Source of the DNA: Alphaproteobacteria bacterium
GTDB taxonomy: Bacteria; Pseudomonadota; Alphaproteobacteria; SHVV01
Length of the DNA stretch: 64,000 nt
Assembly: GCA_965261735.1 (NCBI GenBank)
Contig: OZ253470.1
Location: 4,416,001 to 4,480,000, forward strand
Reading direction: 5' to 3'
The translations under genes and the position numbers were made by a program. Below the pieces are notes generated by a model, which saw nothing but the letters and a program-made list of their open reading frames with translations, was not told where the DNA came from and did no database searches. This document shows, piece by piece, positions 1 to 11,683 of the stretch. The stretch's first letter is position 1; every line of letters begins with the position of its first letter.

Positions 1-1841
1 CGCTGAACCGGGCGGCATCGGGGACGGTGACGGTGACGGCGGCGACCTCGGACGGCACGGCGGTGGCAGGCGAGGACTATGTCGCGAAGACGAAGACGGT
101 GACCTTCGCCGCGGGCGAGACCTCGCAGATCGTCCGGGTGCGGGTGCTCGACGATGCGCATGACGAGGGGGCGGAGACGATGACGCTCACGCTCTCGAGC
201 CCGTCGGGGGCGTATCTCGCCGACGGCACGGCGACGGGGACGATCACCAACACGGACCACATGCCGCAGGCGTGGATGGCGCGGTTCGGGCGCACGGTGG
301 CGGACCAGGTTCTGGATGCAGTGGAAGGCCGCATGACGGCGCCGAGGGCTCCGGGGACGGAGCTGAGCGTTGCGGGGCAGCGGGTCGGCGGCGGCAGCGC
401 CGCCGCGCCCGTGGCGGTCGATACGGGCGAGGCGGAGGCCGGTCTCGAAGTGCTTGCGGAGTGGCTGCGCGACGAGGAGGACGAGGACCGCACGGGCTTC
501 GAATCGCGACCGGTGGCAGGCCGCGACATCCTGACCGGCAGCTCCTTCGCATTCACCGAGGGCTCGGCCGAGGGCGGCTTCGGCGCGGTGTGGGGCCGGG
601 GCGCGATCTCGCGCTTCGACGGGCGCGAGGGCGACCTCACCCTCGACGGCGAGGTCGCGAGCGCGATGGTGGGCGCCGACTGGACGGGCGGTCGCGGCAG
701 TGCGGGGCTGGCGGTGGCGCATTCGCGCGGCGAGGGCGACTATCGCTCGCCGGCCGGCGGCGGCGCGGTGGAGAGCACGCTCACCGGCGTCTATCCCTAC
801 GGCCGCTATGACGTGAGCGAGCGGCTGTCGTTATGGGGCGTTGTGGGCTACGGCACGGGCACGCTCACGCTGACGCCGGAGGGCCAGGCGCCGATCGAGA
901 CCGACATGGACCTCAGCATGGCAGCCGTGGGCGGGCGCAGCGTGGTGGTGAGGCCGCCCGCCGACGGCGGGCTCGAGCTCGCGGCGACCGCGGACGCGAT
1001 GGTTGTACAGACCGCGTCCGACGAGGTGCGTGGGAGCGCGGGCAGAAGCCTCGCGGCCTCGGAGGCGGAGGTCACAAGGGTCCGCTTCGGTTTCGATGGG
1101 ACGTGGCGCGGGATCGAGACGGAGGGCGGCGGTTCGCTCGTGCCGGGCTTCGAGATCGGGGTACGCCAGGCCGGCGGCGACGCGGAGACCGGCTTCGGGG
1201 CCGATATCGGCGCAGGCCTCGCCTGGTCGGACCCCGCGCATGGGATCGCAGCGGATGTGATAGCCAGGGGCCTGCTGACCCATGAGGACGGAAGCTTCCG
1301 CGAGCACGGCTTCGCGGGCTCCTTCGCCTGGGATCCGGCCCCGTCCTCGGATCGAGGGCCGAGGTTCACGCTGAGCCAGACGGTGGGGGCGTCTGCGACG
1401 GGCGGCATGGACGCGCTGTTCGGGCCCGAGACCGCGCCGGCGCTGGATACGGCGAACGACGAGGGCGACGATCTGCTGCAGCGCCGGCTCGAGACGCGGT
1501 TCGGCTACGGGTTCCCGCTGTTCGGCGGTCGCTACACGGGCACGCCGGAGATCGGCTTTGGCCTTACGGAGACCGGCCGCGAATACATCCACAAGTGGCG
1601 TCTTGCAGAGGCGCGGAGCGAAGGCTTCGTGTTCGGCCTCGATGTAGAGGGCACGCGGCGCGAGAGCGTGACGGACAACAGCGGGACGGAGCACGTGATC
1701 GGGTTCGGGCTCGGCTGGCGGCTCGAAGGCGCGCGGCGCGAGGGCTTCGAGCTCAGGCTGGAGGGATCGCGGCTCGATGCCGCGAACGACGACCGCGCGC
1801 CTGAGGACCGGATCGGGTTGAGGATGTCAGCGCGCTGGTAG
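1..1841 (+). CDS. Calx-beta domain protein with C-terminal autotransporter-like beta-barrel (5' end outside window)
   Basis: Calx-beta motif ATSDGTAVAGEDY...VTFAAGET...VLDDAHDEGAETMTLTLS; Gly/aromatic-rich amphipathic C-terminal region ending in Trp; frame open to the window edge. Confidence 0.8.
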   Translation, partial: LNRAASGTVTVTAATSDGTAVAGEDYVAKTKTVTFAAGETSQIVRVRVLDDAHDEGAETMTLTLSSPSGAYLADGTATGTITNTDHMPQAWMARFGRTVADQVLDAVEGRMTAPRAPGTELSVAGQRVGGGSAAAPVAVDTGEAEAGLEVLAEWLRDEEDEDRTGFESRPVAGRDILTGSSFAFTEGSAEGGFGAVWGRGAISRFDGREGDLTLDGEVASAMVGADWTGGRGSAGLAVAHSRGEGDYRSPAGGGAVESTLTGVYPYGRYDVSERLSLWGVVGYGTGTLTLTPEGQAPIETDMDLSMAAVGGRSVVVRPPADGGLELAATADAMVVQTASDEVRGSAGRSLAASEAEVTRVRFGFDGTWRGIETEGGGSLVPGFEIGVRQAGGDAETGFGADIGAGLAWSDPAHGIAADVIARGLLTHEDGSFREHGFAGSFAWDPAPSSDRGPRFTLSQTVGASATGGMDALFGPETAPALDTANDEGDDLLQRRLETRFGYGFPLFGGRYTGTPEIGFGLTETGREYIHKWRLAEARSEGFVFGLDVEGTRRESVTDNSGTEHVIGFGLGWRLEGARREGFELRLEGSRLDAANDDRAPEDRIGLRMSARW

Positions 1842-2188
1842 GGCGTGCTGCGGTGGGTTTCCGTTCGGGGACCGGCGGCGGGGACGGACGGCCCCGTGTC
1901 TAGAGTCGCAACGCGATGAATGGGCGAAGCTTGCTGGCGACAGGAACCGCGTTCCGGGCGCAAAGCCAGTCTTGGACTCACGCATCTTTGGCTGCCTGGG
2001 GCCGGGGGTGGCGGTCGCCTGTTGTTAAGCGTCGAAGGCTGACCCCTCAGAGTCTAGCTTACTCAATAGGTTATCGCGCCGATCGGCGTCATTCCACCGT
2101 GCCGAACAACAGCGGCCCTTCCCTGCGGTCGTGGACGTTGTTTTGGAGTTCGCGCGCGCGTGCCCCCGAGCCGTCGACCGCTTACGAG

Positions 2189-3135
2189 CTACAAGCCCAT
2201 GACCGCTGCGATAGATTGCCCGACCCGCTCGGCCGCGGCCTCGATCTCGCGATCTCCCAGATGGGCGTAACGCAGCGTCGACCGCACATCGGAATGACCA
2301 AGCAGCCGGGAGACGACCGGAACCGGCACGCCGTTCATCACCGCGTGACTGGCATGGGTATGGCGCAGATCGTGAAGGCGAACGTCCTCGATGCCCGCCT
2401 CGCGCCGGGCGCGGTACCAGAACGGAAGGTTTCGGCTGCGGGGCCGGGCGGGATCTCTCGGGGACGGAAAGACGAACGGGCTTCCGCCGCGCGGCCGGCG
2501 TTCGAGAATGCGCCGGGCCGGGGTATTGAGGGGAACGATCCTGGGGCCCGTCTTGCTGTCGGCGAGGACCAGCCTGTCGCGATCGACTTCCGACCAGCGC
2601 AGCCGAAGGATTTCGCTCCTGCGGCATCCGGTCAGAAGCAGGAGCCGGATGATGTCCGCCTGCTCTCGCCTGTTGTCGCGGGTCTGCCTGTCCAGGACGC
2701 GATGGAGCCGAGCGGCCTCTTCGCGGGACAGAAAGCGCGAGAGGATCCGTCTCGGGTTCCTTTTCACGTCCCGCGCCGGGTTGGTTTCGAGGTGACCGCG
2801 GGCGATCGCGAAGTTGATAATCTGCGTGAGAAGGTCGAGCGCGTGATTGGCATTGCCGGGAGCGGTCCGGCTGAACCGGTCGAACCATCGCCCGACCTGG
2901 GCCGGGGCAATGCGGTCGAGCGGCTTCGAGCCGAAGGCGGGCAGCAGCTGGCGGTCGAGCAGGGACTGGACGCCCTTTCTCGTGGACGGCTTGTATCCGT
3001 CGAAATGGGCTTTCTTCCACGCACCCTCGACGAAGTCCCGGAACAGCGGAGCCGCGCGACTGGGCGTGCCAGTCGCTTGCGGCTCAGGGCTTGCCTTTCG
3101 CGCATGGCATTCGCGGCGGGCCTCGGCGACGGACT
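2189..3135 (-). pseudogene. Tyrosine recombinase/integrase lacking its N-terminal arm domain
   Basis: LLLTGCRRSE, HDLRHT, LGHSDVRSTLRY motifs; 5' end abuts a UvrD fragment. Confidence 0.8.
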
Positions 3136-3714
3136 TCAGCGACACCCGAAGCGCTCGTTGACGTACTGCATGATGGGCGCACAGGAGCGGAAATTCGTGG
3201 AGATCGGCAGGACACCATCCGGTGCATGCCCAAGAAAAGCATCTCGCGCCTGCAGGTAGGCGGCGATATCAGCGCCGCGGAAGCGATAGATCGCCTGTTT
3301 GGGATCGCCCACGAGGAACAGGGCGCCCTGACGGAGCTCGAAAGATGTCCAGTCACCGGTATCCGCGTTTGCCGGCAGGTCGCCGCAGAGACGCCAGAAT
3401 ATCTCGGTTTGCAGCGGATCCGTGTCCTGAAACTCATCGACGAGAACGTGGGTGTAGCGGGCCGCCAGCGCCCGGCGCACCTCGTCGTGATCGCGCAACA
3501 GATCGCGCGCGGCGAATATCAGGTCGTCGAAATCGAGAAGGGCGGCAGACCGCTTATGCTCGCGGAAGTGCTCCATAACCGGCCGCACGAGTTGGATCAA
3601 ATCGGCGAGGACGCGTGACGCAGCAGCTTGCACCAATGCAGTCCAAGTCTCACAGCACCGGTCGTAGTGAGTGCTAGCCACGGCATTCAGCCGATCGCCA
3701 TCGGCTTTCGCCAA
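3136..3714 (-). pseudogene. Internal fragment of UvrD/AddA-family helicase
   Basis: LDFDDL, VLVDEFQDTDPLQ, LFLVGDPKQAIYRFRGAD, TNFRS motifs; no Walker A and no C-terminus. Confidence 0.85.
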
Positions 3715-3846
3715 GCCTTATGTTCGATAAAAGTCCAACATGTATGTTTTTTTCTTTACCAGAATTGGTGTTGATAACATCCAGAGGAAGGGCAACTTCA
3801 ATCAATTTTTTCCGATATTCATCTTCAGCCATTGGGTCCTCTTTTT

Positions 3847-5531
3847 TTATGTAATTCGCGTATCGAGATGGGAAGGGAGCCAGCCGACAACGACATGCTG
3901 TTCCTCGTCATCCCAGAAAAGTAAAGCCGGAAGCAGCGTCGGTTGTCGTTATGCCCCGTGCCTTTCTTCAGATGCCGGTCTAATAGGACCCGGCGACCAC
4001 CGTAGCGAACGAAATACGTTTCGCCTTTTTCTCCATAACGCGTTCCGTGGAATGTCGGCTGTTCATCAAGACCTAGTTCGCGACATGCGTTCTCAAAGGT
4101 CTGTTTCTTCTCAAACCCACCTTCGCGCCGCATGGGCGCGTAATGATCACGCAGAACCAAAAGCGATTTGTAGATCAGGAACACATCTTCGTACTCTGAC
4201 TTCGCGACGCCCCGAAACGCGCGGTTGTGTAGTGCGACTGCCCCTGAAAGGTTTTCTTGGCACCATTCCTCGAAACCATCTAAATGGTTCGGGATTTCGG
4301 GCGTGGTTGAGTGGCCAGAGGCCTTCAGTTGGTTCTCAAGGCTCTCAATACGATGAAGAAGATGGATATTTCGGACGCGAGCCTGTTGAGCGGCTTCTTG
4401 CGCTTGGTTCCGTTCCTGCTCGGCCACGGAAAGTAGCCCATCGTGCTCCTTTTCCAAAACATCAAAGGAGTCCGTCATCTCCTCGATTTCCAGTTCGGCG
4501 AGTTCGAGAAGGTCGGCGTCAGATGAACCTTCTTCTTTTGCAGCATCTCTTCTCAACTCAGTCGCGATGCGACGAACTTCCATAAACGGTGGGAGCCTTC
4601 GTTCAAGCTCCTGATCGAATATAGATCGGATCAGTGCTTGTGAGATCAGAAGACGCTCGTAGGCGGCAGGACCGCCGCCTGGCCATTCGGCAATTCGACC
4701 GGGGAGACCAAGAGGGTGGGAGAAGAGTTCGTCCTTCCCGGGATCAAATCCAGGTCGATATGTCCGAGCTGCCTGCCGATAGACTGAGAACTCCTTCCCG
4801 ACGTGATCCGACAATGCGTAGCTCGCTGTCCCGCTGATCACGGCAACATGGGCCGCCCCGACGGTTCGCCTTGCAACTTCAACAGAGGAGGCGATTGTCT
4901 CGTCTTGATCAGAGGAGCCTTCCGGCAACGAGAACACAATTACGTCGCAGCGCCGATTGGGGTCGAGAAGTAAGCCGACAAGCTCTTCTATCTCCTCCTC
5001 GGATTCGATGAACCACGGCTCGACCGAGATCGTCCGGCCTTCGAGTTCCACCGAGTGCTGCTCGACGATATCCCGGACGAAACGCGGAATCGATCGGTCG
5101 AAGGCAATGTCGTCTCCGCGTGTGACGCACTGCAAACGGCAGCCCAACAAGGCTGTTCCGTCTTTCTGCTCGCCGATGCCTATTTCGGTTGTCCAGACTC
5201 GCTGTGCCACGCTCTTGTCGGCGTCGTCAAGCCGCGCGGCCCAATAGCGCGGGGTCGGAATGGCGACAGCCTCCGTTCTTTGGGCGCCGACATCATCCAG
5301 CGAGAATGACTCGCCGTGATGCGCTTCGTCAGGGAGACGCTTCCCCGCGCGCCGGGCCATCCATTCGAGGACGGTGCCGCGCGCGGCTTCGAAAGGCGGG
5401 CATTCATCTTCGGGCCGTAATCGAAGGATCACCTGACTAACGGGTCGCACCAGTCCTTCGCGTTGACGGCGCCGGGTCGCAACAGGCGCGAGATCTTGGG
5501 CGAATGGCGCGTTCCACGTGGTCCTTGTCAT
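3847..5531 (-). CDS. Uncharacterised helicase-coupled protein with coiled coil and RelE-like C-terminal domain; 1-nt frameshift near the 3' end
   Basis: ATGA overlap with the helicase stop at 5528-5531; adding one T at 3917-3920 gives RLYFFWDDEEQHVVVGWLPSHLDTRIT-stop. Confidence 0.65.
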
Positions 5532-8130
5532 GACGGCTCCTCCGCCCGCGCAAGCAGGTCCGCCATTTTGTAGGTTACGCTGGTCGCGCCGAAGTCCGGC
5601 TCTTTCCCGAAGGGCTTGCGGACATAGCACGGCTGCTGCGAAAAGCCGTTTGCGACCGCTACAATGGCAAGGATGAAGCCATTCGGCGCATTCAGCGCCG
5701 TCAGGATTTCATTACGTGTGACGGTTACGGTGTCCGCGCCGGCGACCCGGCCCTTGACCTCGATGAACCGGAGATTGCCCGAGTTTGGATCGTGGCTTTC
5801 TATGTCGTAACCGATGCGCTCCCGGCTTACATCACGCGGCTTGAAACCAAGCAGACGTTCGGCAGCGAATACAGCTTCCATGGCAAGAAGTTCGATCGCG
5901 GCCCGTGCGTCCGCTGATGCTTCAACAAAACCGCTGACACTTGCCGATTGCTCGTTCTGCGTTTTCTTCAGAAGTCCGCCCGGAACCACCAGCGCACCGC
6001 CATGCACGGACGGCGGCAGCGCAGAAATCTCGCGCTCGCGCTGAAGCTCCGCAAGGCGACGTTTTAGGCGGTCGGCCAGTTCATTTGCGCGCGCCTCGGC
6101 CTGACGGGCGTTGAAACGCCCGCCCCCCTTGCCGGCGCGCTCCTGTGCCTTCAGGTCCTCGGCGCGGTGATCCCAATATACGATCTCCCTCTTGAGCCTA
6201 GCAGTAACCTCTTGTTCGACCTTTGCAATTTCCGCAAGGCGGCGCTTTTTCACCTCCTCCACATGCGACGGCACCAGAGTAGTGATGGCGTGCGCTATGA
6301 CGTGACTCTCCAGATCGCCCGTGAGCCAGTCTGCCTTCAGATGATCCTCAAGAAGGGCTCTCTCTTCGTCGCGTAGCGGTCGGTAATCGAGATAGGGCGC
6401 CGGGCCGCCGTCTCGCGTCGCGCCGTCTGCGTCGATTTCAATGAACTGGAGCCGCTGCGAGACAACCTGTTGCTGGCCGGTGCCGGTCATCCGACCATCC
6501 TGAACCCTGTGCTTAAGATAGAACAGCGCGCGGATGTCCTCGCTCTCATCGGTTTCGTTCAAGAGAACCGCTCCACGTTTCATTATGTCACGGTAGCGTT
6601 CAAGAACAAGATCCACTGTGGCATCCAGCAACGGATGTCCGGGACAAAGGTAGGCGGCAAGCGGTGGGCCACTGATGAATTCCTTTTCAAAGCAGGCGCG
6701 CTCGTAGCGTTCCAGCACAGGCTCGGTACGGCCGATCTGACGGTCGCGCTCGCGTATCGAGCCGGGCACGCGGGTGATCTCCCAGCGCCCGGTCTCGCGC
6801 CGGTGTATCTGGCCGCCAAACTGTTTGAACGCAGCCAGAAAGAAGCTCTGAATGTAATGGGGCTGAAGTCGCCGCGCCTCGGCCCGTTCCATTTCCTCGC
6901 GGATCGCCGCGACACTCGCGGCGGTCATGCTGTCGCGCACCAGTGCGCGTTGTTCCAGAAGGTCGAGTAGGTGTTTGTGATCTACCGCTTGATCTACCGC
7001 TTCGAACAACCGCTGCTTTACGTCGGGGCGTTCGCCGTAGCGGATCGCCTCGACAAGCAGATCACGCAACTCCGTACCCTGAAACAGGCGGCCCAGAACA
7101 TTATAGACGCGACCACCTAGGGTCGTACGTGCTGTTTCAAGCTTTTCGAGTAGGCGGGAATAAACCTCGCCCTCGCGAGTATCGCTGGCGACAAGGTTCC
7201 AAAGATGGCAAACCTCGGTTTGTCCGATGCGGTGAATACGCCCGAAGCGTTGCTCAAGTCTGTTCGGATTCCAGGGCAGATCGTAGTTCACCATCAGATG
7301 GGCGCGCTGAAGATTGATGCCTTCGCCCGCCGCGTCATTCGCGACCATGACCACCACGTCCTTGTCGTGGGTGAAAGACTCGACCGCCTTGCGCCGATCC
7401 TTGCGTCCAACGCCACCATGGATCACGACAACGGCTTCATGGCGTCCGAGCCGCGTTCGGATTTTGTCGGCAAGGTAATCCAACGTGTCGCGCGGCTCGG
7501 TGAAGATGATCAGCTTACGGCGGTTGCGAGCCTCATCAATCATAAGTGGATGATCGAGAATGGTGTTGAGCTGCGTCCATTTCGTGTCCACACCGGAACG
7601 GCGAAGGTCGCGCGCCTGTGTTTCAAGCTGGCGCAGCATCTCGATCTCGGTTTCCAGCTCGGGGATCGTGCGTGCCGCCGTCGCGCGGTCGAGTACGGCT
7701 TCTTCGCTCACCTCGACCTCTTCCTCGGTCGCCTCCTCGAGCTCTTTAGGATCGTATGCGACCTGCGAGTCGTCGGTCAGTTCACCCTGCGCGCCCGCAA
7801 CAGTCTGTCCGCGCGATACGAGACGAGCCTCGGCAAGGCGCTTCTCAAGGCGCTCCCGCCTGCGGCGCAGGCTCTCGTGAATAGCGGCGGGAGAGGATGC
7901 CAGCCGACGTTGCAGAATCTGGAGGGCGAAGCCGACATTCATTCTCTGCTTGTCATCGCCTTCCGCGAAGCGCTCGGCGCGGTTCATCTCTTCTCGAACG
8001 TAAGTAGTCACGGCAGCGTAGAGCGCGGCCTCCTGATCCGACAACTCGTATTCAGCGGTGTAAGCCCGCCGTTCCGGGAAAAGCGGACGTCCGTCGAACT
8101 TCAGAAGCTCTTCCTTCGTGAGGCGGCGCA
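5528..8130 (-). pseudogene. SNF2-family helicase with C-terminal DUF3883/NOV_C PD-(D/E)xK-type domain, 5'-truncated at IS256
   Basis: DAAGEGINLQ, NYDLPWNPNRLEQRFGRIHRIGQ, GYDIES...FIEVKGR; ATPase lobe 1 missing; first 29 aa of the listed ORF derive from the IS256 end. Confidence 0.85.
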
Positions 8131-9515
8131 TCGAAAGTGGTGGAAATTTGAGGATGGCGTAATCTCCGGGTGACAAGACAACCACCCAATCGGCGGCTAG
8201 CACCGCCAAGGAGATCACGCCATGAAGAACACTACCGAGACTTCCGCGCTTTCGCTACTGGCCAATGACGCCGGCTATGATCCGCTCGAGGACCGGCTGC
8301 GGGAGAACATCAGATCCACGATCGAGGCCGTTTTTGAGGAGGAACTTGCGCAGTTTCTCGGGCGCTGCCGATACGGTCGAGAGGACGCGCTTCGGCAAGG
8401 GTATCGGAACGGGCACCGGGAGCGGCAACTGACGGGGACATTCGGGACCGAGAGGGTGAGCGTGCCGCGTGCGCGGATCGTTGAGGAAGACGGTCGGGCG
8501 TCGGAATGGCGTTCGCGGGCGCTGCCGCGCTACCAGCGGCTGACCAGAAAGGCCGAGGCGCTGATCGCTTCGGTGTATCTGTCCGGAACCAACACGCGGC
8601 GGGTGAAACGCGCGCTGTTCGGGCTCTTCCGGGGTGCTGTGAGCAAGGACGTTGTGAGCCGGGCGTGGCGCAAGGTGAAGGTCGATTGGGACGCCTGGTG
8701 CAGCCGTGGCCTCGCGGATGAGGATATCGTTCGGCTGATCCTTGACGGCACTGTGATCAAGATCCGACTGGACCGCAAGGCCACCAACATCTCGGTTCTC
8801 GCGGCTATAGGGGTGCGCCGGGATGGCCAGAAGGTCTTGCTTTCGATCGGGAATATGGGCGGAGAAAGCCAGGCGGCGTGGCGCCAGTTCCTCGACGACC
8901 TTGATGCGCGTGGACTGAAACGGCCCGGGTTTGTCATCGTCGATGGCGCGCCGGGACTGGAGGCGGCTCTGTCGGCGCTTTGGGGCGATGACCTTCCCGT
9001 TCAACGCTGCACCGTGCACAAGCACCGCAACCTTCTGGGTCATGCTCCCAAACACATGCATGACGAGCTGAGCGAAGATTACCGCGATATGATCTATGCC
9101 GACACTGCCTCCGAGGTGGAAACCCGCCGCAAGGTGTTTGTCCGCAAGTGGCGGCTGAAATGCAGGGCCGTCGCGGACAGCCTCGCAGAAGCGGGCGACA
9201 AGCTCTTTACCTTCACGCGCCTGTCCAAGAGCCAATGGAAATCAGCCCGAACGACCAACGCCATTGAGCGTCTCAACGAGGAGTTCAAGCGCCGGATCAA
9301 AACACAGACCGTGCTGCCGTGTCCCGAAACAGTGCCGATGCTCCTCTGGGCGCTCCTCGCTTCCGGCCAAATCCAGATGCGCAAAGTCGATGGATGGGAA
9401 ACCCTCGATCAGCTAATCGCCGACGAAACCCTTGACCGCGCGGCCTGACCGCCGCAAAACTCAACCCGCTCGGAGAGGCGCCAAAACCAATTTCCACCAC
9501 TTTCGAGACACAACC
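8131..9515 (+). mobile_element. IS256-family element copy 1 (first 9 bp of left end missing)
   Basis: TIR GG(C/T)TGTGTCTCGAAAGTGGTGGAAATT complete at the right end, truncated at the left. Confidence 0.9.
8222..9448 (+). CDS. IS256-family (mutator-type) DDE transposase
   Basis: GYRNG, LILDG, VIVDGAPGL, QRCTVHK, RTTNAIERLNEEFKRR motifs; 408 aa. Confidence 0.95.
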   Translation: MKNTTETSALSLLANDAGYDPLEDRLRENIRSTIEAVFEEELAQFLGRCRYGREDALRQGYRNGHRERQLTGTFGTERVSVPRARIVEEDGRASEWRSRALPRYQRLTRKAEALIASVYLSGTNTRRVKRALFGLFRGAVSKDVVSRAWRKVKVDWDAWCSRGLADEDIVRLILDGTVIKIRLDRKATNISVLAAIGVRRDGQKVLLSIGNMGGESQAAWRQFLDDLDARGLKRPGFVIVDGAPGLEAALSALWGDDLPVQRCTVHKHRNLLGHAPKHMHDELSEDYRDMIYADTASEVETRRKVFVRKWRLKCRAVADSLAEAGDKLFTFTRLSKSQWKSARTTNAIERLNEEFKRRIKTQTVLPCPETVPMLLWALLASGQIQMRKVDGWETLDQLIADETLDRAA

Positions 9516-10597
9516 GTGCATGGAGCCGCGATGGTGTGATCGCCCATTCCCCGGTTGGTTAACGGATCCTGATTGTGTTTGGTTTCGCCGCACGGATAGA
9601 GCGATTGAGTACGTCGATCTGCATGGCGATTTCGGTTTGTTGGGATTGGAATGTGCGAGCGTTGAGCTTGCCGCCGTTGAGCCTCTTGACGCGAGCCATG
9701 GCTGTTTCGCCAAGCGCTCTCAATCCGTAGCCCTGTCGTTTCTGCCAGTTCATCCTTCCCTTCGACGCGATCTCCGCCGCATGGTGCTCCCGTTCCGATC
9801 CGCCATGAGGCGTGTCCGGGGGAGGAATGGATGTGGCGCGTGGCGGGATGATGATTTCAGGTGGTGAATTCGGTGGCCGAGCTTCTCGGATCGCTTTTGT
9901 CACGGGCTCCCCGTCATAGGCGCCGTCGGCAAACACGCGCCGGATCATCCCACCGGAACCGGCGACCAGCGGTCCCGCCATCGTCGCATCGGCCGTGTCG
10001 TCACCGGTCAGTTCATGCGTCCGGATCTCGCTGCTGGCCGGGTCAACCGAGATATGCAGCTTGCGCCACGAGCGCCGCGTTTCACCGTGCTTGGCGCGAG
10101 CCCACTCGCCAGTGCCAAAGAATTTCAGGCCCGTGGAATCCAGCACGATATCCGTAGACCGCTTGTTCGTGCTGGTTTCCACAACGACATCCACCGTTCG
10201 CCGCCGCCGCGACAGCGTGGTGTGATCCGGCACCGGCAGATCGCACCCCATCAAGTCCACGAGGGAACGCACAAAGCCTTCCGTCTGGCGCAGCGGCAGT
10301 CTGAAGACCACCCCCAGCATCAGTGTCGTGGAAATCGCCAACTCTGAAAACTGCCGCTGGCCACCAGGAGTTCGCCGCTTGGCTGCGTCCCATTGCTCCA
10401 GGGCGCTCTCATCAATCCAGAAACGAATGTCGCCGCGCCGAACCAAACCACGGTCATAATCCGGCCAGTTCATGACCCGGTACTTGGCTCTGGGGATATG
10501 GTGGCGACGCGATGCGTGGAACTTGAAAGGCATGACAAACTCTCAAAGACGGAAGCGGAGCCAGATATACTAATCCTTAGGTCCATGCACCAAAGCC
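9516..10597 (-). mobile_element. IS5-family (IS903-group-like) element, right end clipped by IS256
   Basis: Left end GGCTTTGGTGCATGGA; remnant GTGCATGGAG directly after the IS256 right end. Confidence 0.8.
9559..10533 (-). CDS. IS5-family transposase
   Basis: NWPDYDRGLVRRGDI, LPLRQTEGF, PDHTTLSRR, DSTGLK, WRKLH, ADGAYD. Confidence 0.92.
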   Translation of the reverse strand: MPFKFHASRRHHIPRAKYRVMNWPDYDRGLVRRGDIRFWIDESALEQWDAAKRRTPGGQRQFSELAISTTLMLGVVFRLPLRQTEGFVRSLVDLMGCDLPVPDHTTLSRRRRTVDVVVETSTNKRSTDIVLDSTGLKFFGTGEWARAKHGETRRSWRKLHISVDPASSEIRTHELTGDDTADATMAGPLVAGSGGMIRRVFADGAYDGEPVTKAIREARPPNSPPEIIIPPRATSIPPPDTPHGGSEREHHAAEIASKGRMNWQKRQGYGLRALGETAMARVKRLNGGKLNARTFQSQQTEIAMQIDVLNRSIRAAKPNTIRIR

Positions 10598-11605
10598 CTC
10601 GAGAACCCCTTCATCCTTCTGCATGAAAAGAAGCTCTCGGGCCTCCAGTCGATGCTGCCGCTGCTCGAAGCGATCGTGAAGTCGGGTCGGCCTCTGCTGA
10701 TCATTGCCGAGGATATCGAGGGCGAGGCGCTGGCGACGCTGGTGGTCAACCGCCTGCGCGGCGGGCTCAAGATCGCCGCGGTCAAGGCTCCCGGCTTCGG
10801 CGATCCCCGCAAGGCGATGCTGGAAGACATCGCCATCCTCACCGGCGGCCAGGTGGTCTCGGAAGATCTCGGGATCAAGCTGGAGAATGTCACCCTCGAC
10901 ATGCTCGGGAACGCGAAGAAAATCGCGATCACCAAGGACGAGACCACCATCGTCGATGGCGCCGGCAAGAAGGCCGACATCTCGGGCCGCTGCAGCCAGA
11001 TCCGGGCGCAGGTCGAGGAGACTTCCTCGGACTACGACCGCGAGAAGCTGCAGGAGCGGCTTGCCAAGCTCGCCGGCGGCGTTGCGGTGATCCGCGTCGG
11101 CGGGGCGACCGAGGTCGAGGTGAAGGAGAAGCGCGACCGCGTCGAGGATGCGATGAACTCGACCCGCGCCGCGGTCGAGGAAGGCATCGTCGCCGGCGGC
11201 GGCACCGCGCTGCTGTTCGCCTCGCAGGGGCTCGCGAAGATCAAGCTCGACAACCCTGACCAGCAGGCGGGCGTCGAAATCGTGCGCCGTGCCCTGCAGT
11301 CGCCGGTCCGGCAGATCGCCGAGAACTCCGGTTTCGAGGGCTCGATCGTGGTCGGCAAGATTCTGGAATCGAAGGCCGCCAATTACGGGTTCGACGCCGC
11401 GGCGTGCGAGTACACCGACCTGGTCAAGGCCGGCATCATCGACCCGACCAAGGTGGTCCTGGCGACGATCCAGGACGCGGCGTCGATCGCCGGGCTGCTG
11501 ATCACCACTGAGGCGATGGTGGCCGAGAAGCCCGAGAACAAGACCGCTCCGGGCATGCCCCCGGGCGGCATGGGCGACATGGGCGGCATGGGCGGCATGA
11601 TGTAG
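10598..11605 (+). pseudogene. groEL: Chaperonin GroEL, 3' ~60% only
   Basis: [48 protein letters not shown] tail; starts exactly at the IS5 end. Confidence 0.95.
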
Positions 11606-11651
11606 CCATCGGCCGCAACCGGCCGCGGATCGCGGCCGGCGGTAGAGTAGG

Positions 11652-11683
11652 GAAGGGCCGCCTCCGGGCGGCCCTTCTTTATT
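11652..11683 (+). terminator. Rho-independent terminator after groEL
   Basis: GAAGGGCCGCC-TCCG-GGCGGCCCTTC perfect stem followed by TTTATT. Confidence 0.8.

Noticed and set aside
1916-3259. 447-aa plus-strand ORF and many similar long overlapping ORFs
   Set aside because: Antisense shadows of recognisable genes in high-GC DNA; no motifs of their own
8131-8218. Shared N-terminus MISLAVLAADWVVVLSPGDY on three minus-strand ORFs (5528, 29776, 34026)
   Set aside because: It is the antisense reading of the IS256 left end, not a protein domain
11553-11602. GGCGGCATG short tandem repeats
   Set aside because: Ordinary GGM tail of GroEL
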